Of a DNA stretch of 64,000 nt, positions 49,752 to 61,666 are shown piece after piece. The stretch comes from Steroidobacteraceae bacterium (GTDB taxonomy: Bacteria > Pseudomonadota > Gammaproteobacteria > Steroidobacterales > Steroidobacteraceae), in the NCBI GenBank assembly GCA_016844605.1, contig JAENJD010000008.1, positions 6,602-70,601 of the forward strand. The letters are read 5' to 3'. Under the pieces are notes generated by a model, which was not told the origin of the DNA, ran no database searches, and saw nothing but the letters and a program-made list of their open reading frames with translations. The position numbers were made by a program, and so were the translations under genes. Every line of letters starts with the position of its first letter. Positions within the stretch are counted from its first letter, which is position 1.

Positions 49752-51184
49752 GATCGCGCACCTGCCGCCAGCGCTTGCGGCAGTTCGTGCGCGACGCCGC
49801 CGATGCTGCCCGCGCCCATCGTCAGGATCACGTCACCGTCCTTGATGAGCCCGGCGAGCGTGCCGGCGAGTTCGCTGACCTGTTCGACGAACACCGGCTC
49901 GATCTGGCCGCGGCCGCGCACGGCGCGGCAGATCGCGCGTCCGTCCGCGTTCGCGATGGGCTCCTCGCCCGCCGCATAGACCTCGGTAACGACGAGCGCA
50001 TCCGCTCCCGACAGCACGCGGCCAAAGTCGTCAATCAGGTCATGTGTGCGCGTGTAGCGATGCGGCTGGAAAGCGAGCACCAGTCTCCGGCCCGGCCAGG
50101 CCTGGCGTGCGGCCTCGAGCGTCGCCTCGATCTCGGTCGGGTGATGACCGTAGTCATCGACGATCGTCACGCGCCCCGCGGCCGTCTGCACTTCGCCGAC
50201 GGTCTCGAAGCGGCGGCCGATTCCTTCGAAGGATTCAAGCGCGCGCTGGATGGATGAGTCCGCGACCTCGAGTTCGGTCGCGACCGCGATCGCCGCGAGC
50301 GAGTTGCGCACATTGTGCAAGCCCGCGAGATTCAGTGTCACCGCAAGCGGCGGGTGCCCTTCACGTTGTACCTCGAAGCGCGTGCGTGCGCCCAGGCGCT
50401 CGAGCTTGACGGCGCGCAGGTCGGCTTCGTCGCCGAGCCCGTAGCGGATCATCGGCCGGCCGACCTGCGGCAGCAGGCTGCGGACTTCCGCGTCGTCGCT
50501 GCACAGTACGGCGAGCCCGTAGAATGGCAAATTGTGCAGGAATGCGACGAAGCTCTGCCGGAGCTTCTCGAAATCGCCGCCGTGCGTGGCCAGATGATCG
50601 TTATCAATATTGGTGACGATTGCGATCATTGGTTGCAGGTGCAGGAATGAGGCGTCGCTCTCGTCGGCTTCGGCGACCAGGTAACGGCCGGTGCCGAGAC
50701 GCGCATTGCTGCCGGCGCTCTTGAGCTGCCCGCCGATCACGAATGTGGGATCGAGGCCGCCTTCCGCGAGCACGCTGGCGACCAGACTCGTCGTCGTGGT
50801 CTTGCCGTGGGTGCCGGCGACTGCGATGCCCTGACGGAAGCGCATCAGTTCGGCCAGCATCTCCGCGCGCGGCACGACCGGAATGCGCGCCTCCTGTGCC
50901 GCCAGCAATTCCGGATTCGCCGGCCCGACCGCGGTCGAGACGACCACGACATCGGCGCCCTCGACCTGGGCAGCGGCGTGGCCGATGAACATCCGCACAC
51001 CCATCTTCTGCAGCCGTGCGGTGACGGCATTGGCGCGCAGGTCCGATCCCTGCACCTGATAACCGAGATTCACCAGCACTTCGGCGATGCCGCCCATGCC
51101 GGCGCCACCGATACCGATCAGGTGGATATGACTGATGCGGCGCATCCGGTCGCTCATTCGCGCGCCCCCTCGGCCTCGAGGCAA
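49748..51184 (-). CDS. murC: UDP-N-acetylmuramate--L-alanine ligase
   Basis: The ORF shows [23 protein letters not shown] and [11 protein letters not shown]. The start is ambiguous between ATG 51184 and 51160. Confidence 0.95.
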   Translation of the reverse strand: MPRGRGGARMSDRMRRISHIHLIGIGGAGMGGIAEVLVNLGYQVQGSDLRANAVTARLQKMGVRMFIGHAAAQVEGADVVVVSTAVGPANPELLAAQEARIPVVPRAEMLAELMRFRQGIAVAGTHGKTTTTSLVASVLAEGGLDPTFVIGGQLKSAGSNARLGTGRYLVAEADESDASFLHLQPMIAIVTNIDNDHLATHGGDFEKLRQSFVAFLHNLPFYGLAVLCSDDAEVRSLLPQVGRPMIRYGLGDEADLRAVKLERLGARTRFEVQREGHPPLAVTLNLAGLHNVRNSLAAIAVATELEVADSSIQRALESFEGIGRRFETVGEVQTAAGRVTIVDDYGHHPTEIEATLEAARQAWPGRRLVLAFQPHRYTRTHDLIDDFGRVLSGADALVVTEVYAAGEEPIANADGRAICRAVRGRGQIEPVFVEQVSELAGTLAGLIKDGDVILTMGAGSIGGVAHELPQALAAGARS

Positions 51185-52242
51185 AGCGCTGCGACGCGTT
51201 CCGCAGCATCCGTAATCGCGACCGAGCGCGCGGCCTCGGCCATCGCGAGGAGTCCTGTGCGTCCGGGCGAGAGGACATCCGAGAGTTCCTGCGCCAGGCG
51301 CGCGGAGTTGAGGCCCGGCTCGGCCACCACGCGCGCCGCGCCCGCCTCCGCCAACCAGGCGGCGTTCCTGGTCTGGTGATCGTCGACCGCTGCCGGGAAT
51401 GGCACGAGGACGGACGCGACCCCGGCCGCCGCGAGTTCAGCGACGGTGAGTGCGCCCGCGCGCGAGACGACGAGATCCGCGGCAGCGTAGGCGCCGGCCA
51501 TGTCGTCGATGAATGCGCGCACATCGGCCTGGATGCCGAATTTGCGATAAGCCGCGGTGGTCGCCTCGCAGTCGCGCGTGCCGCTCTGGTGCAGCACGCG
51601 TGGCCGCACCTGCTCCGCCAACGCCGCGATCGCCTCGGGCACCAGGCGATTAAGCGCAGCCGCGCCCTGGCTGCCGCCGAATACGAAGAGCTGCAGCGGC
51701 CCCTCGCGGTCTGCAAAGCGCTCGCGGGGCGGCGGCAGTGCCGCGATTTCGGGGCGGATCGGGTTGCCGACGTGCACGGCGCGGTGGCGGCGCGCGAAAC
51801 TGCCGGGGAATCCTTCGGCGACGCGGGCGGCGAAGCGCGCGAGCCAGCGATTGGTCATGCCGACGATCGCATTCTGCTCGTGGATCACGAGCGGCGTACC
51901 GGCGAGCCAGGCCGCGATGCCGCCCGGCCCGGAGGCGAAACCGCCGCAACCGAGCACCACGCCCGGCCGGCGCCTGCGCAATGCGCGCCTCGCCTGCCAC
52001 AGCGCGCGCGTCAGCGACCAGGGCGCAGTCAACCAGCCCGCGAGTCCCTTGCCGCGCAGGCCCTCGACCTCGATCCACTCGACTGCAAAGCCAGCCGCCG
52101 GCACGAGTCGCGCCTCGATGCCGCGGCGCGTCCCGAGCCACACGACTTCGCGACGGCGTTGCTGCAGGATGCCCGCGACTGCGAGCGCCGGGAATACGTG
52201 TCCGCCGGTGCCGCCCGCCATGATCATGATCGGTTGCGTCAT
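51154..52242 (-). CDS. murG: undecaprenyldiphospho-muramoylpentapeptide beta-N-acetylglucosaminyltransferase
   Basis: The ORF begins at [23 protein letters not shown] (ATG comp. 52240-52242). The track ORF extends artificially to 52440. Confidence 0.95.
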   Translation of the reverse strand: MTQPIMIMAGGTGGHVFPALAVAGILQQRRREVVWLGTRRGIEARLVPAAGFAVEWIEVEGLRGKGLAGWLTAPWSLTRALWQARRALRRRRPGVVLGCGGFASGPGGIAAWLAGTPLVIHEQNAIVGMTNRWLARFAARVAEGFPGSFARRHRAVHVGNPIRPEIAALPPPRERFADREGPLQLFVFGGSQGAAALNRLVPEAIAALAEQVRPRVLHQSGTRDCEATTAAYRKFGIQADVRAFIDDMAGAYAAADLVVSRAGALTVAELAAAGVASVLVPFPAAVDDHQTRNAAWLAEAGAARVVAEPGLNSARLAQELSDVLSPGRTGLLAMAEAARSVAITDAAERVAALCLEAEGARE

Positions 52243-53426
52243 GCGGGCCGCGCCTCGGTGGCGATCGCGCTCTTGCCGGATGCCGCGACCTCGTGGTGAA
52301 CGCGCAGCAGCATGCCGATCCAGGCCAGCGTCACCAGCATGCTGGAGCGGCCATAGGACATCAGCGGCAGCGTCAGTCCCTTGGTTGGCAGCAGGCCCAT
52401 GTTGACGCCGATGTTGATGAAGGCCTGCAGGCCCAGCCACACGCCGAATGCTGCGGCGATGCAGGCGTGCAGCGGCATGCCGGCGTCAGCAGCGATCCGC
52501 GAGAGCTTGAGGCTGCGCAGCACCAGCGCGAGAAACGCGACCACGACGACCACGACGCCGAACAGGCCGAACTCCTCGGCCAGTACCGCGAACACGAAGT
52601 CCGTGTGCGCTTCCGGCAGGTAGAACAATTTCTGGATGCTCGAGCCGAGGCCGACGCCAATCCATTCGCCGCGGCCGATCGCGATCAGCGACTGGGTCAG
52701 CTGGAAGCCGCTGTTGAACGGATCGGCCCAGGGATTCAGGAATGCGGTCAGGCGCTGCAGGCGATAACCGCTCGACACGGCGACGAGCCCGATACCCGCG
52801 CCACCGATGGCGCATACGGTCAGGAAATCCCTGAGCCGCGCGCCTGCGACGAATAGCACGGCGGTGCCCGTCACGCACAGCACGACGGCGGCGCCGAAAT
52901 CCGGCTCGACCAGCAACAGCAGTGAAGCAGCCAGCAGCACGGCGAGCGGCTTGAAGAAGCCCTGGGCGCTGCTCTTCAGTTCCATCTGGTGGCGCACCGC
53001 GTAGATCGCGATGTAGGTCAGGAGCAGCCAGCGTGCCAGTTCCGACGGCTGGAAATTGACCGGGCCCAGGCGGATCCAGCGGCGGCTGCCATTGACCTCG
53101 TGGCCGAGGCCCGGGATCAGCACCAGCACCAGCAGCAGGAAGCTGCCGATCAGCAGCACGGGCGCTGCGCGCTGCCACAGCGAGATCGGAACGAGCAGCA
53201 GGGCGCCCGCGAATGCGCAACCGACCAGCGCCGACAGCATCTGGCGCTCGAAGTGGAAGAACGGATCGCCGGTCTGGCGCTCGGCGACATTGAGCGAGGC
53301 GGAAGCCACCATCACGAGGCCGATCAGCAGCAGGCAGAAAGTCGCCGCGACAATCACCGGATCCAGCACGAGACGCGGCTGGCGGCCCGCGGAACGCGAA
53401 TACTGCAGTGCCACGCCGGCCGTCAT
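52239..53426 (-). CDS. ftsW: peptidoglycan glycosyltransferase FtsW (SEDS family)
   Basis: This polytopic protein shows QPSELARWLLLTYIA and LPEAHTDFVFAVLAEEFG. Its ATG overlaps the murD stop (ATGA at 53423-53426). Confidence 0.94.
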   Translation of the reverse strand: MTAGVALQYSRSAGRQPRLVLDPVIVAATFCLLLIGLVMVASASLNVAERQTGDPFFHFERQMLSALVGCAFAGALLLVPISLWQRAAPVLLIGSFLLLVLVLIPGLGHEVNGSRRWIRLGPVNFQPSELARWLLLTYIAIYAVRHQMELKSSAQGFFKPLAVLLAASLLLLVEPDFGAAVVLCVTGTAVLFVAGARLRDFLTVCAIGGAGIGLVAVSSGYRLQRLTAFLNPWADPFNSGFQLTQSLIAIGRGEWIGVGLGSSIQKLFYLPEAHTDFVFAVLAEEFGLFGVVVVVVAFLALVLRSLKLSRIAADAGMPLHACIAAAFGVWLGLQAFINIGVNMGLLPTKGLTLPLMSYGRSSMLVTLAWIGMLLRVHHEVAASGKSAIATEARPA

Positions 53427-54760
53427 TGCGCCTGCCTCAGTGCCGCCGCGGCGAACACGTCGCCGCGATGCGCGTAATCGCGGAACATGTCGAAACTCGC
53501 GCAGGCAGGCGACAGCAGCACGATGTCGCCGGGTTGCGCGAGGCGCGCAGCGCTTGCGACCGCTGCTTCCATCGAATTCGAGTAGTGGACAGCGCAACTG
53601 CCTGCGATCGCCGCGCCGATCGCGCGCGCATCGCGGCCAATCAGCAGCGCGTCGCGCACCTTGCCGCGGCAGGCCTCGGCGAGTGGCAGGAAGTCCTGGC
53701 CCTTGCCATCGCCACCGGCGATCAGCACGAGCGGTCCTGGCAGACCCGCGATCGCGGCCTGTGTGGCGCCGACATTGGTGCCCTTGGAATCGTCAATCCA
53801 GCGCACGCCGCGCGCCTCGGCCACGAGTTGCGAGCGATGCGGCAGGCCCTCGAAGCGTGCCAGCACGCCGGTCATGGCGGCGCGCGGCATGCCACAGGCA
53901 GTCCCGACAGCAAGTGCCGCTAGCGCATTGGCCGCGTTGTGGCGGCCCGGCAGCCTGAGCGCATCGACCGGCATCAGCGCCTCGCTGCCGGCAGCGAGCC
54001 AGTCCCTGCCATCGCGGGCGAGCAGGCGAAAGTCTGCATCGCCGCGCGACAGGCTGAATCCCAGGCGGCGCTGGCCCGGGCGCGTCATGCGGACGACCAG
54101 TTCATCGTCGAGATTGATGATCGCAGTCGCGCAGCGCTCGAAGATCCGTGCCTTCGCCGCGGCATATTCCGCGACGTCGCGATAACGGTCGAGGTGATCG
54201 GGCGTCACATTCAGGATTGCGGCGGCCTCGAGCTGCAGGGAATGCGTGGTCTCGAGCTGATAGGACGAAAGTTCGAGCACGTACATCGCCGCCGGGGGGC
54301 CCGCCAGCAGATCGAGCGCCGGCTCACCCAGATTTCCGCCGACGCGCACCAGGATTCCGGCAGCCGTTGCCATCTCGCCGACCAGCGTCGTCACCGTGCT
54401 CTTGCCATTCGTGCCGGTGATGCCAATCACCCGGCCGCCGGCCTCGCGCGCGAACAACTCGATGTCACCAATCAGGTCCAGGCCGCGTGCCGCAGCCTGC
54501 TGCAGGAAGGGTTCGCGCAGCGACACGCCCGGCGAGACGATGATCTGGTCGGCGCCTTCGAGCACCGCGGGGTCGAACCCGCCGAGCGCGGTGGCGGCAT
54601 CAGGGACCAGGCGGCGCAATTCGGCGAGGCCTGGCGGCGAGGTGCGCGAGTCGGTCACAACCAGTCGATGCCCACGCGCAGCGAGATGACGCGCGCAGGA
54701 GACGCCGGTGCGGCCAAGACCGACGATGACACTGCGCGGGCTGCTTGCAGTCTGTTGCAT
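53423..54760 (-). CDS. murD: UDP-N-acetylmuramoylalanine--D-glutamate ligase
   Basis: The ORF begins at [26 protein letters not shown] and contains GITGTNGKSTVTTL. Its start overlaps the mraY stop by 1 nt. Confidence 0.95.
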   Translation of the reverse strand: MQQTASSPRSVIVGLGRTGVSCARHLAARGHRLVVTDSRTSPPGLAELRRLVPDAATALGGFDPAVLEGADQIIVSPGVSLREPFLQQAAARGLDLIGDIELFAREAGGRVIGITGTNGKSTVTTLVGEMATAAGILVRVGGNLGEPALDLLAGPPAAMYVLELSSYQLETTHSLQLEAAAILNVTPDHLDRYRDVAEYAAAKARIFERCATAIINLDDELVVRMTRPGQRRLGFSLSRGDADFRLLARDGRDWLAAGSEALMPVDALRLPGRHNAANALAALAVGTACGMPRAAMTGVLARFEGLPHRSQLVAEARGVRWIDDSKGTNVGATQAAIAGLPGPLVLIAGGDGKGQDFLPLAEACRGKVRDALLIGRDARAIGAAIAGSCAVHYSNSMEAAVASAARLAQPGDIVLLSPACASFDMFRDYAHRGDVFAAAALRQAQ

Positions 54761-55845
54761 CAGCGTAGCTTCAACGTTGCCAGCCCGATCAGGACCAGCA
54801 TGAAGGAGATGATCCAGAAGCGGACGATCACCTTCGGCTCGGCCCATCCCTTCAGCTCGAAGTGATGGTGGATCGGGGCCATCCGGAAAATCCGCTTGCC
54901 GCGCAGGCGGAATGAAGCGACCTGCAGCATCACGGACACCGTCTCGAGCACGAAAATACCGCCCATGATCGCGAGCACGAGTTCCTGGCGGACGATCACG
55001 GCGACGACGCCGAGCGCAGCACCGAGAGCGAGCGCACCGATGTCCCCCATGAATACCTGCGCCGGATAGGTGTTGAACCACAGGAAACCGAGACCGGCCC
55101 CGACGATCGTTGCAACGAAGATCAGCACCTCGCCTGCGCCCGGGACGTAGGGGATCTGCAGGTAGGCCGCGAAATTGACGTTACCGGTGACGTAAGCGAA
55201 CACGCCGAGCGCGCCCGCCACCATCACGCAGGGCATGATCGCGAGGCCGTCGAGGCCATCGGTCAGATTGACCGCATTGCTCGAGCCCACGATTACAAAG
55301 TAGGTGAATACGATGAATGTCACGGCGCTCATCGGCAGCGCGACACTCTTGAAGAACGGCAGGTACAGGGCTGTTTCGGAGGCACCCTGCGCGGTCATCC
55401 AAAGCGCGAGCGCGGCGCCGAGACCCGCCACCGATTGCCACAGGTATTTCCAGCGCGCCGCAAGGCCTTTCGGGTCGCGCACGACAAGCTTCAGGTAATC
55501 GTCGCAGAAACCGATCAACCCGAATGCCAGCGTCACGCCGAGCGCGATCCAGACGAATCGGTTGTCGAGTCTCGCCCACAGCAACGTGCCAATCGTGATA
55601 GCGACCAGGATCAGCGCGCCACCCATGGTCGGCGTGCCCATCTTGCCGAGATGGGTATCCGGACCGTCATTGCGGACGACCTGGCCGATCTGCCGTTCCT
55701 GCAGCTTGCGGATCATCCATGGCCCGATCAGCAGCGCAATCGAAAGCGCGGTCAGCGCCGCGAGGATCCCGCGCAGCGTCAGGTAGCCGAAGACCCGGAA
55801 GCCCCCGTAGTAACCCGCCAGCCAGTCGAACAGATTCAGCAGCAT
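54760..55845 (-). CDS. mraY: phospho-N-acetylmuramoyl-pentapeptide transferase
   Basis: The ORF begins at [13 protein letters not shown] and shows [22 protein letters not shown] and [12 protein letters not shown]. Confidence 0.97.
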   Translation of the reverse strand: MLLNLFDWLAGYYGGFRVFGYLTLRGILAALTALSIALLIGPWMIRKLQERQIGQVVRNDGPDTHLGKMGTPTMGGALILVAITIGTLLWARLDNRFVWIALGVTLAFGLIGFCDDYLKLVVRDPKGLAARWKYLWQSVAGLGAALALWMTAQGASETALYLPFFKSVALPMSAVTFIVFTYFVIVGSSNAVNLTDGLDGLAIMPCVMVAGALGVFAYVTGNVNFAAYLQIPYVPGAGEVLIFVATIVGAGLGFLWFNTYPAQVFMGDIGALALGAALGVVAVIVRQELVLAIMGGIFVLETVSVMLQVASFRLRGKRIFRMAPIHHHFELKGWAEPKVIVRFWIISFMLVLIGLATLKLR

Positions 55846-55855
55846 GCCCCTGCCC

Positions 55856-57277
55856 TCAGTTGCCGTTGCCGGCGGCCGGGAACGGCTGCAGCAACCGGTC
55901 CACGACACGTTCGAGTCGATTGACGCGCGAGCCCTTGATCAGCACCGTCACGCCGGTATCGAGGCCTGCGCCCACCGCATCGGCGAGACGCCCCGCGTCC
56001 TCGAACCAGCTGCCGCGCGCCCCGAATGCCGCCACCGCGAGCCGCGCGGCCGCGCCGATTGCGAACAGGCGCGTGACGCCGGCGCGGCGCGCGTAGTCAC
56101 CGATACCGGTGTGGCTCGCTTCGGTGTGCGAGCCGAGTTCCGCCATCTCGCCGAGCACCAGCCAGTGCTCTCCCGGCAGGCTGCACAGCACGTCGATGCC
56201 GGCGCGCACCGAACTCGGATTCGCGTTGTAGGAATCGTCGATCAGCCAGCAACCGCGCGGTCCCGCCTTCAGCTGCAGCCGGCCATTGACCGGATTCACG
56301 CGTTCGAGGCCCGCGACGATCTGCGGCAACGACACACCCGCGGCATGCGCGGCAGCGGCGGCGCCGAGCGCATTCATGACGTTGTGCCTGCCTGCGAGAT
56401 TCAACCGTACTCGCGCCTGCCCGCCACCGATGACGAGCGTGAACGCGGTGATGAATGCGCCGGACTCGATGCGCCCCTGCAGGCCTGTCGCGCGCACATC
56501 GCACACCGACTCGATCCCGAAGCGGACCTGGCGCGCACCGCGTGCCATTTCCTGCCACAACCCGTGAAACGGATCGTCCGCATTGATCACGGCGATCCCG
56601 GTATCGGTCAGTGCGGCGAACATCTCGCCCTCGGCCCGCGCGACACCGGCGAGATCGCCGAAGCCCTCGAGGTGCTCGTCACCCGCATTCGTCACGAGCG
56701 CGATTGCAGGCTGCGCAATGGCGGCAAGCGCCGCAATCTCGCCCGGGTGGTTCGCGCCCATCTCGATCGCGGCAAAGCGATGACCGGGTTCCAGCCGCAG
56801 GAGCGTCAGTGGCACGCCCAGGTGATTGTTGAGGTTGCCGCGGGTCGCCAGTGTCGGGCCGGCGCCCGCCAGGATGCTCGCGAGCAGCTCCTTGGTCGTG
56901 GTCTTGCCATTGCTGCCACCGACGCCGATGACCGTCGCGTCAGAGCGTTTACGCCAGGCCTGCGCGAGCGCCGCGAGCGCGGCAACCGCATCCTTGACCA
57001 CGACCTGCGGAATCGGCGCCTCAGCGGCTTTCTCGACGACGGCACCGGCGGCGCCGCGCCCTGCTGCGGTCGCGACGAATGCGTGACCATCGAAGTGCGG
57101 GCCGCAGAGCGCGAAGAACAACTCGCCCGGCTTCAGCGTGCGCGAATCGATGGACTCGCCCGCGAACGCCACATCGGCGCCCGCGAGGCGTCCCGCGGTT
57201 ACGGTGGCGACCTCGGAGAGCCGGCCGTTCAAGGTGCCCCTCCGCCCTGCCGCTGCAGGAATTCCCGGTCGCTCCAA
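55856..57277 (-). CDS. murF: UDP-N-acetylmuramoyl-tripeptide--D-alanyl-D-alanine ligase
   Basis: The ORF shows [12 protein letters not shown]...[15 protein letters not shown] and [14 protein letters not shown]. An alternative TTG start at 57232 would form a TTGA overlap with the murE stop. Confidence 0.93.
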   Translation of the reverse strand: MERPGIPAAAGRRGTLNGRLSEVATVTAGRLAGADVAFAGESIDSRTLKPGELFFALCGPHFDGHAFVATAAGRGAAGAVVEKAAEAPIPQVVVKDAVAALAALAQAWRKRSDATVIGVGGSNGKTTTKELLASILAGAGPTLATRGNLNNHLGVPLTLLRLEPGHRFAAIEMGANHPGEIAALAAIAQPAIALVTNAGDEHLEGFGDLAGVARAEGEMFAALTDTGIAVINADDPFHGLWQEMARGARQVRFGIESVCDVRATGLQGRIESGAFITAFTLVIGGGQARVRLNLAGRHNVMNALGAAAAAHAAGVSLPQIVAGLERVNPVNGRLQLKAGPRGCWLIDDSYNANPSSVRAGIDVLCSLPGEHWLVLGEMAELGSHTEASHTGIGDYARRAGVTRLFAIGAAARLAVAAFGARGSWFEDAGRLADAVGAGLDTGVTVLIKGSRVNRLERVVDRLLQPFPAAGNGN

Positions 57278-58725
57278 TGCCTGCGCTCGGCGCCGACCAG
57301 CTGGTAGTCCTCGTGCCCCTTGCCCGCAATCAGCACGACGTCGCGCGGTCCGGCCTCGGCAAGTGCCGTGCCGATCGCGAGCCCGCGATCGCGCTCAACC
57401 AGCGCGCGCGCAGGCGACCTGAGGCCCGACAGGATCATCCCGACGATACGGTCCGGATCCTCGCTGCGCGGATTGTCGTCGGTCACGATGACCCGATCCG
57501 CGAGCCGCTCGGCTGCCGCACCCATCAGCGCGCGCTTGCCGATGTCGCGGTCGCCACCGCAGCCGAACACCACCAGCACGCGGCCGCTCGCGTGTACGCG
57601 CACCGCGGTCAGTACTTTTGCGAGCGCGTCCGGCGTGTGGGCATAGTCAACGATCGCGAGTGCGCCATTCGGCAGCCGGAATCCTTCCATTCGCCCCGGC
57701 GGCGCGGTGCCGGCCGCAAGCGAGGCAAGCGCTTCATCGACATCGACGTCCCAGGCCAGCAGCAGGCCAAGCGTGACCGCAAGATTCTCCGCGTTGAATG
57801 CCCCGACCAGGCGCGACTGCAACCGGCGGCGGCCAAAATGACCGTTGACCTCGAGCGAGAGACCGTCGGCTGCGGCTTCGACACGCGTGACGTGAATGAA
57901 GCGCTGTGTGGAAGGACGCTCGCCGCCGACCGCGACGGAGGTCAGCGTGATACCGGGTCCAAGCGCCTCGGCAAATCGTGCGCCCACCGGATCACCGGTG
58001 TTGATGACGGCATGCTCGAGCCCCGGCATGCGGAACAGGCGCTGCTTTGCGAACGCATAACGCTCAATGCTGACGTGGTAGTCGAGATGATCGCGGCTCA
58101 GGTTGCAGAATGCGGCGACGCGCAATCGCACGCCGTCGATGCGTCCCTGGTCGAGTGCATGCGAAGAGACTTCCATGGCGATGTGGGTCGCGCCGGCATC
58201 CGACAACGCGCGCAATTGCCGGTGCAGCGTGACGACATCGGGTGTCGTCAGTGCGGCACTCGCGAGTTCCGGCGGGAAACCCGAGCCCAGCGTGCCGAGA
58301 TACGCGCCGCGACGCGTGGCGCCGTTGGCGGCGTTCGCGAGCAGCCAGGCGCAGGTGGTCTTGCCATTGGTGCCGGTCACGCCCGCTACTGCAAGCCGCG
58401 ACGAAGGTGAGTCGTAAAATCGATCGGCGATTTCGCCGAGCCGGCTGCGCAGCGCCGGCACCGGCACGTGGGCAACGTCACCAGGCAAGGCATCCGGTGT
58501 GCGGCCTTCGCCGGGATCCCACAGCACGGCGCAGGCGCCGGCGGCGATGGCCTGGGATTGATGCTCGAGTCCGTGGCTGCTGGCACCACGCAGCGCAATG
58601 AAGGCATCGCCCCTGCGGACGGCGCGCGAATCAAGTGCAAGACCGGTGATCGGCAGCAACGGCGCCGCCGCGATGCCTGCGAGCAATGCATCGAGTGTTT
58701 TCGGATCTGCGGCAGTGGATTTCAT
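57229..58725 (-). CDS. murE: UDP-N-acetylmuramoyl-L-alanyl-D-glutamate--2,6-diaminopimelate ligase
   Basis: The 498-aa ORF shows GVTGTNGKTTCAWL, a DNPR motif (VTDDNPRSEDP) and LDSRAVRRGDAFIAL. Confidence 0.95.
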   Translation of the reverse strand: MKSTAADPKTLDALLAGIAAAPLLPITGLALDSRAVRRGDAFIALRGASSHGLEHQSQAIAAGACAVLWDPGEGRTPDALPGDVAHVPVPALRSRLGEIADRFYDSPSSRLAVAGVTGTNGKTTCAWLLANAANGATRRGAYLGTLGSGFPPELASAALTTPDVVTLHRQLRALSDAGATHIAMEVSSHALDQGRIDGVRLRVAAFCNLSRDHLDYHVSIERYAFAKQRLFRMPGLEHAVINTGDPVGARFAEALGPGITLTSVAVGGERPSTQRFIHVTRVEAAADGLSLEVNGHFGRRRLQSRLVGAFNAENLAVTLGLLLAWDVDVDEALASLAAGTAPPGRMEGFRLPNGALAIVDYAHTPDALAKVLTAVRVHASGRVLVVFGCGGDRDIGKRALMGAAAERLADRVIVTDDNPRSEDPDRIVGMILSGLRSPARALVERDRGLAIGTALAEAGPRDVVLIAGKGHEDYQLVGAERRHWSDREFLQRQGGGAP

Positions 58726-60440
58726 GGCGTGACTTCGGCGACGGTGACCGGCGCGACCCGCGCAAGATCATCCGGTGCCACCGACATCAGCCTGAGGGCG
58801 CCTGACATCACAGCCGAGAACACCGGTGCTGCGACGTCGCCGCCGTAATAGTCTTTTCCGCGGGGCTCATCGATCATCACGACAGCGGCGAGCCGGGGCT
58901 GCGTGGCCGGCACAACGCCGGCGAATACGCCGAGATAGCGATCTGTCGAATAGCCGCCCGGGATCGCCTTCCACGCAGTCCCGGTCTTTCCGGCCACGCG
59001 ATAGCCGGGCACCGCCGCCTTCACGCCGGTGCCGTCGGGCGTGATCGCCCCTTCGAGCAGTCCGATCAGCTCGCGCGCGACCTTCTCCGGCAGTACACGC
59101 GTGGCAGGCGCCGGTTCCTGGGCGCGGCGAAATGTGATCGGCCGGTGCAGGCCAAGCGCGCCGACAGTCGCGTAAGCCTGGGCGAGCTGCAGCGGCGTCA
59201 CTGACAGGCCATAGCCGTAGGCCATCGTCGCGATTCCGATCGGCCGCCAGTGCTTGGCACTGCTGAGGAGGCCCGCCGACTCGCCTGGAAAACCGCTCGC
59301 CGTGACATCCCCGAAGCCGAGCGAGCTCAGCGTGCCGTGCATTTGTCCGGGTTCCAGCGACAGCGCGATTTTCGCCATGCCGACATTGCTCGAACGCGCC
59401 AGCACCTCCCCGAGGTCGATGACGCCGAGAAAGTGATGGTCCGCGATGAGTTTGTTGGCAACCTTGATCGGCGCCGTGTCGATCATCGATTCCGGCCGGT
59501 AGCGGCCCGAGGACAGCGCCGCGGCGACGACGAATGGCTTGATGCTCGAGCCCGGCTCGAAGATGTCCGTGGCCGCACGATTGCGATAGTGGCTGACTTC
59601 GTACTGCTCGCGGTCATTCGGATTGAATGACGGCTGGTTGACCATCGCGAGGACCTCGCCGGTCGCGACATTGATCACGATTACGGAGCCCGCGCGCGCC
59701 TTGTGCTTGCGAATCGCCGCCTTCAGCTCGCGATAGGCCAGGTACTGGATGCGCAGGTCAATGCTCGTGTAGAGGTCCTCACCGGCGCGCGGAGCGTGAA
59801 TGCTCACGACGTTCTGGACGATGCGGCCGCGCCCGTCCTGGATCACGCGCTTGCGGCCGTCGAGGCCCGCGAGTGACTGGTCGTACTCGAGCTCAAGGCC
59901 CTCCTGTCCCGCCTCGTCGAGATTCGTGAAGCCCAGCAGGTGCCCGGTGACCTCGCCATTCGGGTAATAGCGACGGTATTCGCGCAACAGGTAGACACCG
60001 GGGATGTCGAGTGCCTTGATTTTCGAGGCCTCGGCCGGATCCATGTGCCGCGCGACGTACAGGAATTGCCGGTCGAGATTGCTGGTGATGCGCTGCGCCA
60101 GCCACTGCCGATCGCGCTTCAGAGCGCGCGCAAGACGCAGGATTTCGTCGGACGAATGCGCGAGCTCGGGCGGATTGACCCAGATTGTGTCGACCGGGGA
60201 ACTGACGGCGAGCGGCTCCCCAAAGCGGTCCAGCACCGAGCCGCGATGAGCGGGCATCTTTGCGATCCGCGCGTAGCGCATGTCGCCCTGCTCGGCCAGG
60301 AATTGCTGGTCGAACACCTGCAACTGCAATGCACGGACCAGCAGCGCCAATGCAAAAATCGCAAGCAGGCCGACCAGCAGCCGCGCGCGCAGACGGAACT
60401 GTCCGGCATCGAATTCGCCGCCGCCCTCGCGCCACTTCAT
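58722..60440 (-). CDS. ftsI: peptidoglycan D,D-transpeptidase FtsI (PBP3)
   Basis: The 572-aa ORF has an N-terminal TM segment, SxxK (GSSIKPF), SSN (ARSSNVG) and KTGT (GKTGTAWK). Confidence 0.95.
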   Translation of the reverse strand: MKWREGGGEFDAGQFRLRARLLVGLLAIFALALLVRALQLQVFDQQFLAEQGDMRYARIAKMPAHRGSVLDRFGEPLAVSSPVDTIWVNPPELAHSSDEILRLARALKRDRQWLAQRITSNLDRQFLYVARHMDPAEASKIKALDIPGVYLLREYRRYYPNGEVTGHLLGFTNLDEAGQEGLELEYDQSLAGLDGRKRVIQDGRGRIVQNVVSIHAPRAGEDLYTSIDLRIQYLAYRELKAAIRKHKARAGSVIVINVATGEVLAMVNQPSFNPNDREQYEVSHYRNRAATDIFEPGSSIKPFVVAAALSSGRYRPESMIDTAPIKVANKLIADHHFLGVIDLGEVLARSSNVGMAKIALSLEPGQMHGTLSSLGFGDVTASGFPGESAGLLSSAKHWRPIGIATMAYGYGLSVTPLQLAQAYATVGALGLHRPITFRRAQEPAPATRVLPEKVARELIGLLEGAITPDGTGVKAAVPGYRVAGKTGTAWKAIPGGYSTDRYLGVFAGVVPATQPRLAAVVMIDEPRGKDYYGGDVAAPVFSAVMSGALRLMSVAPDDLARVAPVTVAEVTP

Positions 60441-60712
60441 TGCGTGACGATCCGCACTTCGTCAGGCGTCGGCAGCTTCATCTGCCTCTTGAGGCTGGCG
60501 ACGCGCTCGACGAATCCGGGATTGGACCAGGCGCTCTGCTCGAGCTGCAACTGGCTCCACTCGATGTTGAGCCGGTCGCGCTCCGCCGACAGCTGCTCGA
60601 GCTGCACGAACAGCGTGCGTGCCTCGTGCCGCGCGCGTACGACCGCGATCGCGGACGCCAGCACCGTGAGCCACAGCACCGGCAATGCGACCAGCATCCA
60701 GCGGCGGCTCAT
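60437..60712 (-). CDS. ftsL: cell division protein FtsL
   Basis: The 91-aa ORF has one TM segment followed by a coiled coil ([26 protein letters not shown]). It sits between rsmH and ftsI with 4-nt overlaps on both sides. Confidence 0.85.
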   Translation of the reverse strand: MSRRWMLVALPVLWLTVLASAIAVVRARHEARTLFVQLEQLSAERDRLNIEWSQLQLEQSAWSNPGFVERVASLKRQMKLPTPDEVRIVTQ

Positions 60713-61656
60713 GCGGCCAGCCTCTCGGCTGCCCGCAGCACGGCACTGCGCGAGCGCGGATTGTCCCCGACTTCGCCGGCATCGGCGAATACCGCGCGGC
60801 CCACGAGCCTTAGCTTCGCCTGCGCGTCCGGTGGAACTTCCGGCAGGCCGGCAAAGGCCGGGTCCTCGCGCGAGGCGGCGCGCATGAAGCGCTTTACGAT
60901 GCGATCCTCGAGCGAATGAAAACTGATGACGACCAGACGGCCAGCGGGCGCGAGCGCCTCGACCGCCTGCGGCAATGCGCGCTCGATCTCGTCGAGTTCG
61001 GCATTCACGTGGATCCGCAATGCCTGGAAGCTGCGGGTCGCCGGATGCATGCCAGGCTGGCGGCGCGGGGCGGCTGCGGCGATCACGGCAGCGAGTCCGC
61101 CAGTCGTCGTCAGCGGCGACATGGCGCGTGCCACGACAATCGCCCTTGCAATGCGCCGTGCGTGGCGCTCTTCACCGAAACGCGCGATCACCGTGGCGAT
61201 CTCCCGTTCGGTCGCGCGCGCGAGCCATTGCGCGGCGGACTCGCCGTGCTGCGGGTCCATGCGCATGTCGAGCGGCCCGTCGCGCAGGAAGCTGAAACCG
61301 CGGTGCGCATCATCGAGCTGCGGCGAAGAGACACCGAGATCGAACAGGATGCCGTCCACCGAGCCAGCGGGGACCAACTGTGAAAGCTCGGAAAATCTGG
61401 CCTGCCTGAATTTCGCGCGCGGATCTGAGCCGAATAGTCTGACGGCCGCTGCGCTGGCTTCCGGATCGCGATCGATTGCAAGCAGAGTCCCCTTTTCCCC
61501 GAGCCGGCCGAGGATTGCCCCGGCATGGCCACCACGACCGAAGGTCGCATCCACATAACGACCATCGCTGCGTATCGCGAGCGCATCGAGCGCGGCGTCC
61601 AGCAGCACCGGCGCGTGTCGCCCGCCCCCCGCTTCCACGTCCGGCGCGCCGCTCAC
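60709..61656 (-). CDS. rsmH: 16S rRNA (cytosine1402-N4)-methyltransferase
   Basis: The 315-aa ORF shows [10 protein letters not shown]...[12 protein letters not shown]...[10 protein letters not shown]...[12 protein letters not shown]. Confidence 0.96.
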   Translation of the reverse strand: MSGAPDVEAGGGRHAPVLLDAALDALAIRSDGRYVDATFGRGGHAGAILGRLGEKGTLLAIDRDPEASAAAVRLFGSDPRAKFRQARFSELSQLVPAGSVDGILFDLGVSSPQLDDAHRGFSFLRDGPLDMRMDPQHGESAAQWLARATEREIATVIARFGEERHARRIARAIVVARAMSPLTTTGGLAAVIAAAAPRRQPGMHPATRSFQALRIHVNAELDEIERALPQAVEALAPAGRLVVISFHSLEDRIVKRFMRAASREDPAFAGLPEVPPDAQAKLRLVGRAVFADAGEVGDNPRSRSAVLRAAERLAA

Positions 61657-61666
61657 GGCGCACCGT

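Noticed and set aside
55844-58410. ORFs of 487 aa and 443 aa on the plus strand.
   Set aside because: They are antisense to murF and murE.
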